From IMG/VR virus record IMGVR_UViG_3300045284_000065, positions 1 through 64,000 of that record: a DNA stretch of 64,000 nucleotides; one strand, given 5' to 3'. A program made the position numbers and the translations under genes. The notes beneath the pieces were generated by a model. It had not been told where the DNA came from. It saw only the letters and a program-made list of their open reading frames with translations, and ran no database searches. Origin of the DNA: a virus. Shown one piece after another: positions 53,508 to 63,409 of this stretch. How positions within the stretch are numbered: position 1 is the first letter of the stretch; every line of letters begins with the position of its first letter.

Positions 53508-56500
53508 TCCTGCTCCTCTCCGATGAAGAAGGGATCGAACACACCTGGGTCCAGCGGGCCGATCTTCTCGGCACCGGTATCGGTGGGTCCACCAGGATGC
53601 CCTGCCGCTGGGCCGGTCAGGGTGAGGGTCTTGACGAACACGTCCGAGGTGACCTGCGACGAGTTGCCGACGTAGTAGAGCGAGGCCCCGGAGAAGTGGA
53701 CGTAGGGCGAGCGACTGGTGTTGGACCCAGCCGCCCGACTGACCACAGCGATCGCTGGCACGACGTAGGCCCCGTTGGCCGGGACGGTGCCGGATACCGA
53801 GGTCGGTGCCCAGTTGCCGACTGTCGGGGTCACCGCCCCCAGCGCCGCCGCCAGGCTGATGAAGTCATCAGGCCTGCCACCATCCCCGAAGAAGAACAGG
53901 AAGGCCTGCATCGACCCGACGCCGAACTCGCTGGCGCAGGAGATGGTGAAGGTGTACACGTCACCGGGCTTGCACGGTGTGCCCACATCGAAGGGGAGGA
54001 TCTCCAGTGGTGGATCAGGTGCGATCTGGGTCTGCTTGCCGTCGCCGCAAGTGATCAGCAGATCGGCCAGAGCATCGGCTGGACCGGTGTAGACGTGCAT
54101 CATCCCCTTGCCGCTGGTCGGCCCGGGGTTGTATCCGTAGGTCCCTGAACTGAAGCCGATCCTGTCGTAGCTCAATGGACTGGCCGGGATGCCAGAGCCG
54201 GTGGGCTTGGGGTAGGTGAGGTCGTGGATCCCTGCCCAGTTGCCGGTGCCGTTCATGAACTCAGAGTCATCGGGGAGCAGTAACACATTGGGGGACGAGG
54301 TGACATCGCAGTCGCACTTGGCCGCTGCATTGACCAGTGACTTCATTCCACCGACCGTGCCCCGACCACGGTAGAGGTAGCCGATCGTGCCGACCAGCGC
54401 GCGGTAGGAGTAGTCGCCCAGCCCCGGCTCGTACTTCACCCCGAAGTTCTCACCGATGCGCTGCAGCAGGGAGAGGGGGGTGAAGTCGGTGTGGTACATG
54501 TCGAGCGACGACTCGGCGTACTCACGGGTGAGGTCGAACTGGTAGCCGAAGATCTGCAGCCAGCGCTTCAGGTCGCCGTCGTTGGCCCCGCCGCGCATGT
54601 TGTCGTCCAGGTAGCGGTAGTACGGCGGCAGGGCATTCCACAGGTGCTCGGCGTGATGGTGGTTGCGCGGCAGCAGGCAGCAGTGGATGGCGGAACGCAC
54701 CCAGTCGAAGCCGACGCGGAAGAACAGGGCGTAGTAGTACCAGCGACCGGGGGTCAGGCCTGTGGCGGCCGATGTCTCGGGGGAATGAGGGTCGAACTGG
54801 TTGGGGGTGAGGATCTCATGGCTGGTGGCGTCGTAGCGATAGCCGGTGGGGTACAGCTGCGCCTTGGTCTGCCGCATGATCGCCTGACCGTCGTTGACCG
54901 TGGACGGGTAGCCCATAGCGGCGCGGATGATCGTCACCTCGCTCCAGGTGATGTCGGCCAGCGTGGAGGGCGTCTCCCAGGAGATCGCAAACTGCTCGGG
55001 GACGTTCCACTCGATCTCGATGGTGTCGTAGTTGATCGGCTGGGAGTAGAGAGTGCCCTTGCCGACACCAGCAGGCGTCCACCCCGGCAGGGTCGTCGGA
55101 TATCGGATGGCCGTCTGCTGGGTGCGGGCATTGGTCGAGCCACGGACGTAGTCGCCACCTGAAACGGTGGTATCGATGACGCGCTGCACGGTGAAGGCGG
55201 GCTGGTCCCACCACTTCGACGTGTCGTCCGTCTCGGTACCGGGCCACCACGGACGGTTGAGGGAGGGCGGCGAAAGCTCCGTCACCGGCCCGACCGGTGC
55301 CGGAGTGAGCACAGTCGACGGCCCGTCCTCGCCGCGCACCAGGGTGGTAGTCGGCCCCTGGGGTGACGGGAGGATGGTGGTCGTAGGACCAGGCAGTGAC
55401 GGCTCCAGGTCCGAGGTGGGGCCAGGAGCGGACGGCTGGACCTTCATGGTGCGGCTCGCGCCGACCGGCTCTAGCACCACGTTCTCTCCGGTGAAGGCGG
55501 TGAAGGCACCCGAGTCGGCTGCGATCCCGGCGAAGGAGTTGATGTTCCAGCCGAACTTCTCGGTCCCACCGGGGACGTTGTTGGCCCCGATGCCGTTGGT
55601 GATCGACACGTTGGAGAGCCAGCCCCGCATGGACAGCGTGCCGTCCTCGGCCCCACCGAAGGTCACCTGCTCGGTGTCCATGTACAGGGCGGTGACGTTC
55701 TCGAAGACGAGGGGGTCGCCCTGGGCCACCCAATCGGTCGGCAGCGGGACCAGCGGGGTGCCCACCGGGGTGAGCGCCTCGGGTGCGGTGAAGAAGGTCA
55801 CCGTGGCGTCCGTGGTGGAGTAGTTCGTCGTGATCGCCAGCCAGCCCCAGTCGACGTTGTCGTCGTCCCACACATCAGCGAGCACAGCGTTGATGTCGTC
55901 GGTCATCCCATCCGAGGAGGCGTGGAAGCTGAACTCAGTGCCCTTACGACGCAGCGAGAAGCTGCGCCCGAGTGGGGTGACATCACCGGTCGATGCTGTC
56001 GAGGCGACGTTGGCGTTGATCTTGGCGTAGGTGAACGTCGTCGTGGTCGGAACTGTCGTGATCGTGACAGTCCCGTCGAAGGGAGCGCCGACGCCGGTCA
56101 CGATGACGGCGTTGCCGACCGCCAGCTTGTGGGGGTCCTTCGTGGTGATGGTCGCCACGTTCGTGGTCAGCTGCTTGTTCAGCACCTTCGACGCTGGCGT
56201 GGTGTTCCACTTCTGGACGAGCACCTGCTCAGTGGTGAGCAGCTTGCCCGTGAAGTTCACCCTGACCATGAGGGTGAAGTCGCTGGTCACGGTCGAGAGG
56301 TTGGGGACCGTGGCCCGGCAGTACTCGCCACTTACGCCATCGAACGATACATATCCCGATATGGTCGGCGTGCTCGACTGATGCAGCGTGATGGTCTTGC
56401 CCCACTGCTCGTTGAACACCGTCGTGGCGGTCGGGACCCGCAGGGACTCCTGGTCCATGCGGAACATCTCGATGTTGGTGGCGTCGTTGTAGATCCTCAG

Positions 56501-59500
56501 GTTGGCGATGCGCCCACCGAACCAAGAGGTGTCACCCTCGGTCGCACCGATCCAGAACGGCCCGTTGCCCTGCACCAGACCCGAGGTGGGGTAGTTGGTC
56601 ACGATCGGCTGGCCGATAGCGACCCAGCTGTCGCCGTAGTCGAGCGTCTCGAAGAGGCGCAGGCTCTGCTGATTGGGCACCGTCATGTCCACTGCCAGCC
56701 TGAGGTAGCGGTACTCCCCATTGACCGGGCCAGCGATGGGCCGGGTGGTCGAGGTGTATTCGATGGAGCCAGACGAGTTGGTCCAGGTGAACAGCAACTC
56801 ACCGTTGGGCGACAGGCGCACCAGGTAGGAGTGGTTGTTGCCCGCCGACCAGCGTCCGAAGAGAGTCTGAGCCGGTCCCTCGGAGTGGGATGTCGGCGGG
56901 TCCTCCGAGTCCACTACCAGCTGACCGGTCCAGCGATCGGCGGCGAGTCGGATGTCGATGGTCATCGACCCGGCGATGGCAGGGAAGCCGCCAGCCGGGA
57001 CGGTGGCGTAGTTGCCGAGGGTCCCGGGGAAGTAGAGGTAGCCGGGGTTGGGCGATGTCTCGATGGCGGTCTGCGTCTTCACGATGGTGACGGTCTGACC
57101 GGTCACGGCCTTGAAGCTGGTCGCCGCTGGGTCGATGGCCAAGCAGGTCTGGTCGATCAGCAGCGCCTCAGTGTTCTGGATCGGCACGCCACCCGGATCG
57201 AACGAAGTGCGGAACGAGACGTTGCTGATCGCCCCGTCGAAGAAGTTGCCGATGACCAGCGTCGCTATCGAAGCGAACATTGGACCGGAGGTGGGCGTCT
57301 CGGAGAGTCGGGTCCAGGTCCGGTTGTCATCGGAGGTCCAGAAGCGGACGTAGTTGCTGGTTCCGGCCTCGAAGGAGACGGCCACCCGCTTGGCTGCCTG
57401 GGCCTGCAGCCCCAGCGCCGGGGACTCCACGACGTTGTCGTAGTTGTTGCCGTTCGATGACCAGTAGAACAGCAGGGTCCCCCGGCTGGAGAGCAGGAAG
57501 GACCAGCCGACGAGGCCAGCGCTGCCCGACTTGGTCATGATCGCCCGGTTGCGCCGCGGCGGCGTCCAGTCGTTGGCGATCAGGCGGGCCTCCACCACGA
57601 ACGAGGTGTTGTCCTGGAAGGCCGTCTCGTTGGGGACAGTGAGGAAGTTGCTCTCGGTCCCCGGCAGCACGATGTAGCCGAAGTCGACCGGGACGTAGTC
57701 ACGCCGCACCGTCGCCGTGCCACCCTGCAGAGCGAGCGTGCCAGCCTGAGGGTTGGCCGGGATGTGCTCGGAGGCCAGGCGCAGCATCTCCAGGGAGGTC
57801 GACTGAGTCGACCCGTAGATGGACAGCCCGTAGAGACGCCCGTCGTACTGCGCCCCGATGACCAGTGGCGATGTCGAGTTGAAGACGGTGCCAGTCAGGC
57901 CACTCTGGCGCGTCCCCAGCGGTGCCCAGGTGACGCCGCTGTCGGGGGAGAGCCAGAAGTCCACGACCCGGACACCGCCGACGATGTCAGTGTCGATCCG
58001 CACCACCTGGCGGCTGGTGCTCGCTGGCACCGGCTGGGTGCAGGTCAGCGTGTAGAAGACCGTGCCGTCGATGGAGTAGAGGAACTGCAGACACCCGTTG
58101 ATGTCCATCATCACGGCGTAGCCACGCTGGCCCGCCGCTGCCCACTTCGAGATGATGGTCTGAGCGGTGTAGGGCAGCCAGGAGCGCGGGAGGATGCCGA
58201 AGACGAATGAGGTGGGGCCGGTGATCTCCAGGGTCGCAGCGTCGGCAATCACCAGGTCGTTGCCGAGCGTCCCGGGGAACAGGATGTAGCCGGTGCCCTT
58301 CGGTGCCGGGTTGCGGTAGACGGTGATGGCCTGGCCGGTCGCCGCTGTCAGAGCAGTGCTGGTCGATGTGACGGCGTTTCCCTGAGCGTCGTTGATGAAG
58401 TTGTCGGCGTTGAGGCCAAACACCTCGGTGCCCTCCACCGGCAGCGCTCCGGTCCCCGTGCGGATAGAGACATATCCAATGTCCCCGTCGATCGACGGCC
58501 CAGTGGGGACCGACCCCGAGGTCCAGCCCGAGCCGATCCGCAGCGGGTTAGTGCTGTTGCCGATCGCAGAAGCACCCACGGTGACGCTGAAGCTCGCCGT
58601 CCACGACGCTGCCGCAGGAGGGGTGAGGCTGTCGGTCAGCGAGTACCACACCTTGTGGTTCACCACCCCGGTGGGGTCGTAGAAGATGCTGTACCAGACC
58701 CACTGCTCGTTGGCGTCGATGGTGGTGCGGCTAGTAGCCCTGAAGTAGGAGGAGTCGTTGGGACCCCAGGAGAACAACAGGCCATATGGGCCAGTCACCA
58801 CCCGATAGACCAACCCCTTGCCGACCGGGACGCTGAAGTGGTTGGGCACCGTGTCCCGCTGACGCATCCGCAGGATGATGTACATCGGCGTGATCACGTC
58901 GAGAGCGGTGGCGTCGGGCGTCTCCATGTAGTTGCCGGTCGTGCCGGGGAAGGTGGCGTACCCCTGCCCGATCGCCTTGGGCGTGCGGACGACGGTCACG
59001 ACGGTGTTGACCGGCCCCACCGAGGGAGCGAATGACGTGGCATCGGGGACCACCCCAGCCAGGTCCTGATTCCCGTCGAAACGAATCGCCTCGACGCCGC
59101 TGTCCGCTTCGGACATGTAGTACACGCGCCCGACGAAGGGAGAGAGGCCGCTCGTCGTGTTGTTGCCGATGAGTACCTGGCCCGACTGGGTGAGCAGAGG
59201 GGTGGTCCCGGCATTGGCCCCGGTGACCGGGGTCCCCAGCTGGATCCAGGTGGCCTTCAGCGGGTCGATCTCGTTGTCGAAGGAGTACCAGTAGGTGCAG
59301 ACCGCCGAGGAGATCACGACCTGGCCCCGGATCCAGATGTCCTTGTCGATGGCGATGCCGGGGATATCAGCGTTGGCAGCGACGCCACCGATCGGTGCCA
59401 CCGAGGTGTTGAGGACGCCGACAACAGGCCGGTTGGTGGACTGGATGCTGAGATAGGCGTGGGTGCTGTTCCACCCGCAGATCGGTCGGTTCAGGCTGCT

Positions 59501-59644
59501 CAGAGCACTGAAGCGGACCCGCACGGTGAACTGGAGCGAAGTGGGTGGCGACGCCAGGTTGGCGCGATCGATCCTCGCGTAGTTGCCGACCTGACCTGGG
59601 AAGTACAGGTAGCCGGGAGCGTCGACAGGGAAGGCGAGAGGCAT
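53504..59644 (-). CDS. 2046-aa baseplate wedge/tail protein: six LamG-like repeats plus P2 gpI-like domain
   Basis: Six GY.xFPG..GNY-initiated ~210-aa units; LWNALPPYY...LYRGRGT. Confidence 0.75.
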   Translation of the reverse strand: MPLAFPVDAPGYLYFPGQVGNYARIDRANLASPPTSLQFTVRVRFSALSSLNRPICGWNSTHAYLSIQSTNRPVVGVLNTSVAPIGGVAANADIPGIAIDKDIWIRGQVVISSAVCTYWYSFDNEIDPLKATWIQLGTPVTGANAGTTPLLTQSGQVLIGNNTTSGLSPFVGRVYYMSEADSGVEAIRFDGNQDLAGVVPDATSFAPSVGPVNTVVTVVRTPKAIGQGYATFPGTTGNYMETPDATALDVITPMYIILRMRQRDTVPNHFSVPVGKGLVYRVVTGPYGLLFSWGPNDSSYFRATSRTTIDANEQWVWYSIFYDPTGVVNHKVWYSLTDSLTPPAAASWTASFSVTVGASAIGNSTNPLRIGSGWTSGSVPTGPSIDGDIGYVSIRTGTGALPVEGTEVFGLNADNFINDAQGNAVTSTSTALTAATGQAITVYRNPAPKGTGYILFPGTLGNDLVIADAATLEITGPTSFVFGILPRSWLPYTAQTIISKWAAAGQRGYAVMMDINGCLQFLYSIDGTVFYTLTCTQPVPASTSRQVVRIDTDIVGGVRVVDFWLSPDSGVTWAPLGTRQSGLTGTVFNSTSPLVIGAQYDGRLYGLSIYGSTQSTSLEMLRLASEHIPANPQAGTLALQGGTATVRRDYVPVDFGYIVLPGTESNFLTVPNETAFQDNTSFVVEARLIANDWTPPRRNRAIMTKSGSAGLVGWSFLLSSRGTLLFYWSSNGNNYDNVVESPALGLQAQAAKRVAVSFEAGTSNYVRFWTSDDNRTWTRLSETPTSGPMFASIATLVIGNFFDGAISNVSFRTSFDPGGVPIQNTEALLIDQTCLAIDPAATSFKAVTGQTVTIVKTQTAIETSPNPGYLYFPGTLGNYATVPAGGFPAIAGSMTIDIRLAADRWTGQLVVDSEDPPTSHSEGPAQTLFGRWSAGNNHSYLVRLSPNGELLFTWTNSSGSIEYTSTTRPIAGPVNGEYRYLRLAVDMTVPNQQSLRLFETLDYGDSWVAIGQPIVTNYPTSGLVQGNGPFWIGATEGDTSWFGGRIANLRIYNDATNIEMFRMDQESLRVPTATTVFNEQWGKTITLHQSSTPTISGYVSFDGVSGEYCRATVPNLSTVTSDFTLMVRVNFTGKLLTTEQVLVQKWNTTPASKVLNKQLTTNVATITTKDPHKLAVGNAVIVTGVGAPFDGTVTITTVPTTTTFTYAKINANVASTASTGDVTPLGRSFSLRRKGTEFSFHASSDGMTDDINAVLADVWDDDNVDWGWLAITTNYSTTDATVTFFTAPEALTPVGTPLVPLPTDWVAQGDPLVFENVTALYMDTEQVTFGGAEDGTLSMRGWLSNVSITNGIGANNVPGGTEKFGWNINSFAGIAADSGAFTAFTGENVVLEPVGASRTMKVQPSAPGPTSDLEPSLPGPTTTILPSPQGPTTTLVRGEDGPSTVLTPAPVGPVTELSPPSLNRPWWPGTETDDTSKWWDQPAFTVQRVIDTTVSGGDYVRGSTNARTQQTAIRYPTTLPGWTPAGVGKGTLYSQPINYDTIEIEWNVPEQFAISWETPSTLADITWSEVTIIRAAMGYPSTVNDGQAIMRQTKAQLYPTGYRYDATSHEILTPNQFDPHSPETSAATGLTPGRWYYYALFFRVGFDWVRSAIHCCLLPRNHHHAEHLWNALPPYYRYLDDNMRGGANDGDLKRWLQIFGYQFDLTREYAESSLDMYHTDFTPLSLLQRIGENFGVKYEPGLGDYSYRALVGTIGYLYRGRGTVGGMKSLVNAAAKCDCDVTSSPNVLLLPDDSEFMNGTGNWAGIHDLTYPKPTGSGIPASPLSYDRIGFSSGTYGYNPGPTSGKGMMHVYTGPADALADLLITCGDGKQTQIAPDPPLEILPFDVGTPCKPGDVYTFTISCASEFGVGSMQAFLFFFGDGGRPDDFISLAAALGAVTPTVGNWAPTSVSGTVPANGAYVVPAIAVVSRAAGSNTSRSPYVHFSGASLYYVGNSSQVTSDVFVKTLTLTGPAAGHPGGPTDTGAEKIGPLDPGVFDPFFIGEEQE

Positions 59645-61743
59645 CAGGTGTTCGCCAAGCCCCCGTCAGCGGTCACCCACAGGCCGTCGTGGATGAACTC
59701 GTCGTCGGTGTAGTAGGGCGGGTAGCTGGCCGACGACGCCGACTCGTCGTACTTGACCGGGTCGATGCGTGGGATGTGCAGGTCGTCCACGATGATGTCC
59801 CCCACCTCGCCCACCGTGACCGGCGTCGGGGAGTAGCGCACGAAGGTGAAGTCGATCGAGGTGCTGGCGGCAGGCGTGGTGTTGGGCGACGACTTGCGGG
59901 CGATGACCACGTCCCAGTCGGCGTACCCCGGCGTTGACGGGACGCCGGTACCACCGTGGAGAGTGGCGTTGGAGCGCACGACGTAGTCCCACCACGATCC
60001 GTTGGCCGGGTTGCTCAACACGATGTGGTCGCCCACGTCGACACGGCCCAGGTCCGCCGTGCGGTTGTCACTCCCGGCAGAGGGCGACGTGGTATCCCGA
60101 TATGAAATGGCGATGTGCAGGAAGTCGGGGTCGGTCGAGGTCGTGTCGTCGTAGAGCCGGTAGAACGTGGCGGTCGGCTCGGGCGGGCTGGCCCCGGCCT
60201 CGAACTTCCACTGGCTGGTGAACATCGTCTCCACCGGCTGGGTGGGAGGCCCGAGCACCAGAGGGTCGACCACCACGGTGCCGCTCTCGGAGGGCGGGCG
60301 TGAGGTGGTCAGCCAGTTGACCTCGGCCCAGTCCACGCCCTGCACAGTGAGCACGGCTCGGTAGACATCACCGAGGGTGATGCGGGTGCCGAAGTCGACC
60401 ATGTCGAAGTCGAGCAGCGTGTGGAGCGTGGAGTCGACCTTGTTGCGAACGTCGAGACGGTTGAACACCTCGGCCACCTGGATGTTGATCCTGATGAAGA
60501 CGTTGGTCCACAGGTCCATGCAGTGCAGCGGGCCAGCCACGACGGTGGAGCCGATGAGGATCTTGTCCTGCATCGTCTGCTCGACAGAGGTACACAGCCG
60601 CTGCATCTGAGCATCGGTGCATTCGTCAGCGCTGGAGGACAGGGTCGGAGCGACCCACACCTTGACGGCGGTGTACACCGTGCCATAGGCGACGCTCTTG
60701 GCCACTCCTGGCGTCTGCATCGCCAGGTCGGCGTAGTCGTTGAGGGTGACAGCGCGGCTGCGGATGCGGGCACCGGCCCGGGGGACCGAGAAGCGCATCG
60801 ATGCCACCGACTCGGCATCGGCTCCACCAGAGGGAGAAGCCGGGTTGGACACCGTCACCTGCCATGCCTCGAAGAAGCCAGCAATCGGGACGATGGTGGA
60901 GATCATCTTGGCCGGGACATCATTGGCCGCTGCGCCGACGCCGTAGCGGTAGGTGGCGAACAGCTGGGCGTTAGCAGACGGGATCCGGCCCGACGTGTTG
61001 TCCCCGAAGCAGATGTGGGTGAAGCCCTGGTCGTCCAGGTAGGTGGTGAACACCGACTGGGTCGGGCGCGCCGTTGCCAGATCGGTGGTGTAGGTCCACA
61101 CGACCTGCTGGTAGCCCTCGCTCGACACGATGCGGAGCGACCCGGCGATGATGCCCTTCTGCGGCAGGGTGAACTCGGTGTTGGCGATACCGAAGGCCAC
61201 GCCGATCGGCGTGTCCCGCACTGTCACGCCCTCCTGGGCAAGCAGCGTGAACGGATCGTCACCAGGGTGGAACGTCACTGCGTTGACAGTCTCGAAGACG
61301 ATGGTGTCCCCGGCGTTATCCGAAGAGGAGTAGCACCGGGTGCCTGCTGGAATGGTGAGCGGGTCCTTGGGGTCGGTGGGATCGGGGGTGTAGGGGGTGA
61401 TGGTCAGGTCCACCGATGCCGCCGCCTGTCCAGTCGGCTTGTAGCCGAGCATGTCGGCGATGTAGTACACCGACTGGGGCCGAATGGCAGTGGCGAGGAA
61501 TGACTCACTGGCCGTGCGGTCGATGTAGAAGTTGAGGATGTCACCGAGGTAGGCGAACAGTTCCAGGATCACCGTGCCGAAGTCGGAGGACTCCCCGGCC
61601 GTCGTCCACTCGGGCATGATCGTGTTGGCGAGACGGACCAACTCGGCCCGGAGCGACGTGAAGTCACGACTGGTGTAGTCGAGGATCAGCTTGTTCTTGA
61701 GGCCTTCGTCGTCCAGTGAGACGAGCACGCCGATGTCAGACAC
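59644..61743 (-). CDS. Baseplate wedge J-like (T4 gp6/P2 gpJ) protein
   Basis: DYTSRDF, PEWT...SDFG, FGD...GRIP, YRYG.G, GGADAES, RAVTLNDY. Confidence 0.9.
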   Translation of the reverse strand: MSDIGVLVSLDDEGLKNKLILDYTSRDFTSLRAELVRLANTIMPEWTTAGESSDFGTVILELFAYLGDILNFYIDRTASESFLATAIRPQSVYYIADMLGYKPTGQAAASVDLTITPYTPDPTDPKDPLTIPAGTRCYSSSDNAGDTIVFETVNAVTFHPGDDPFTLLAQEGVTVRDTPIGVAFGIANTEFTLPQKGIIAGSLRIVSSEGYQQVVWTYTTDLATARPTQSVFTTYLDDQGFTHICFGDNTSGRIPSANAQLFATYRYGVGAAANDVPAKMISTIVPIAGFFEAWQVTVSNPASPSGGADAESVASMRFSVPRAGARIRSRAVTLNDYADLAMQTPGVAKSVAYGTVYTAVKVWVAPTLSSSADECTDAQMQRLCTSVEQTMQDKILIGSTVVAGPLHCMDLWTNVFIRINIQVAEVFNRLDVRNKVDSTLHTLLDFDMVDFGTRITLGDVYRAVLTVQGVDWAEVNWLTTSRPPSESGTVVVDPLVLGPPTQPVETMFTSQWKFEAGASPPEPTATFYRLYDDTTSTDPDFLHIAISYRDTTSPSAGSDNRTADLGRVDVGDHIVLSNPANGSWWDYVVRSNATLHGGTGVPSTPGYADWDVVIARKSSPNTTPAASTSIDFTFVRYSPTPVTVGEVGDIIVDDLHIPRIDPVKYDESASSASYPPYYTDDEFIHDGLWVTADGGLANT

Positions 61744-61751
61744 AGTGACTC

Positions 61752-62213
61752 CTAGAGGGGTGCGGGCGGAACGGCGTCGTGCAGCGCCTCGATGTGACCC
61801 GGCAGGGTCCGACCGAAGAACTCCGACGACGGCAGCGGAATGGTCAACGTGCTCTCGCCGCCCACCGACGAGGACTGGTAGCTGATCTTCACGTCCACTT
61901 CAGCTTCGGGCACACCCGAGGTTTCGATGATGACGTAGCGGATGGAGGCGCGAAGCAGGACGCGCCCATCGGGACCGGTGTTGGCATTGGCCAAGCGCGT
62001 GCGGACGATGGAGGCGGCGTCCTGTCGCTCCAGTTCGTCACGGGGATCGAACAGCGCCGACTGCAGGTCGCACCCGTAGTGGGGCCGGAAGACACGCTCG
62101 CCCTGGTTGGTCATCAGGGCGTCGATCACCTGGCCGCGCACGATCTCGTCGTAGTTGGTGGTGGTGCCGACCTTGCCGCCCTGCACGCGGAAGGGGACCT
62201 GGAGCGCTCTCAT
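61752..62213 (-). CDS. gp25/GpW-like baseplate protein
   Basis: LMTNQGERVFRPHYGCDL. Confidence 0.9.
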   Translation of the reverse strand: MRALQVPFRVQGGKVGTTTNYDEIVRGQVIDALMTNQGERVFRPHYGCDLQSALFDPRDELERQDAASIVRTRLANANTGPDGRVLLRASIRYVIIETSGVPEAEVDVKISYQSSSVGGESTLTIPLPSSEFFGRTLPGHIEALHDAVPPAPL

Positions 62214-63409
62214 ACCAGGCCTCGCAGTCGGGGGTTGTTCCAGGAGGAGACCCAGCGCTTGTTCTCGTCCAGGCTCAACGAGGGGCGTCCCTGGGGCGGG
62301 TCCTGCCGCTCCCAGAAGGGCTTGTAGGGCACCTCGGTGTAGCCAGGAGTGGCCTCTTTGGTCGGCCGGGTGAGGAACAGCATCGTCTGGTACTGCTGAT
62401 CGTTGGCGTTGTGACCAACCGCGCGGACGAACCACTTGCCGTCGCCCTCGGGCTTGAAGTACTTGCTCGACGCCGTGACCACATCGACGCATGACCCCGG
62501 CCAGATGTCGGCATCGCCCCATATGCGCGCCACACCCGACTCGGCCCACCCATCTGCCCTCGTCTGCCAGGCATCGACGTAGACCTGGGCCTCCACCTGG
62601 TCGCGGATCAGCTGGGTCGACTCGAAGACGAACCCGGCGAAGTCACCGTCCTGGGTGATCGTCTGAGCCTCGTTGCCAGTGGTGAAGAAGCCGAACTTGA
62701 TGCCGAGGTTGTTCTTGAGCATCTCGGAGGTGGCCTGGCTGGAGAAGTCGATCAGGGTGCGGTCGGTGGTCCCGACGCCGATGCTGCTCTGGCCCGACAC
62801 CAGGCTGGTGTAGGAACCAGTCTCTCGGTAGGTCTTCAGTGGGTCGATGACCTGGACCACGCCATAGCGGGTGTACACCGACCAGCCGATCCGCTTGGCG
62901 AGGTCAGTGACCATCGTCCAGTCGCTCTCGTCGGTCTGAGCGAGTGCCTCCCATATGTGGGTATGCGATTGCCCTCCCGACCCCAGGCCGCTGTTGTTGA
63001 CCAGATCACTGATCACCCCGGTCGCCGTGCGGTTGACGAAGAAGCGCGGCTTGCCCTCGAACATCACCTTGGAGGGACCGAGGATGCTCATCGTGAACGA
63101 CAACTGGCTGGTCGCCTTCTGCTCGTTGGTGATCTCGGCCACGTAGCCCTGGAACAACTCCGTGCGCGGCGGTGCCCCGTAGTAGAAGGAGATGGGCTGG
63201 TCGATGATGCCATCAGTCGTCGTCAGCGTGGTGGAGATCACCGACAGCGTCGCCCCATCGTGCTGGCCCTCGGACACGATCATCTGCAGTTCCTTGGGCA
63301 CCACGTCGAACGCCGCCCCCTTCAGCTGGGGGCTGAAGACCGGGACCCGGCCGCGCATCGACCGACCACCGGAGCCTCCCGCAGAGGGGTTGAGGTCAGT
63401 CATCGTCAT
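62210..63409 (-). CDS. Baseplate hub (gp27/GpD/gp44-like)
   Basis: QTDESDW...LAKRIG; GDADIWPG...GKWFV. Confidence 0.75.
   Translation of the reverse strand: MTMTDLNPSAGGSGGRSMRGRVPVFSPQLKGAAFDVVPKELQMIVSEGQHDGATLSVISTTLTTTDGIIDQPISFYYGAPPRTELFQGYVAEITNEQKATSQLSFTMSILGPSKVMFEGKPRFFVNRTATGVISDLVNNSGLGSGGQSHTHIWEALAQTDESDWTMVTDLAKRIGWSVYTRYGVVQVIDPLKTYRETGSYTSLVSGQSSIGVGTTDRTLIDFSSQATSEMLKNNLGIKFGFFTTGNEAQTITQDGDFAGFVFESTQLIRDQVEAQVYVDAWQTRADGWAESGVARIWGDADIWPGSCVDVVTASSKYFKPEGDGKWFVRAVGHNANDQQYQTMLFLTRPTKEATPGYTEVPYKPFWERQDPPQGRPSLSLDENKRWVSSWNNPRLRGLV

Larger units (their letters stand above)
3423..62965. promoter_or_regulatory. Dispersed 14-bp palindrome SATA-N6-TATS (28 exact copies counted)
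   Basis: Starts at 3423, 6132, 9262, 9838, 12373, 12427, 13406, 13638, 15176, 16242, 18812, 21671, 26719, 31008, 32855, 33592, 37003, 39917, 42883, 44342, 44540, 47992, 50806, 50926, 53358, 56350, 58463, 62952. Confidence 0.8.

Noticed and set aside
55922-57460. Long antisense ORFs (also 8057-9427, 19081-20526, 21919-23007, 36518-37636, 60421-61503)
   Set aside because: Shadow ORFs of GC-rich real genes; Arg/Gly/Val/His-biased with no motifs
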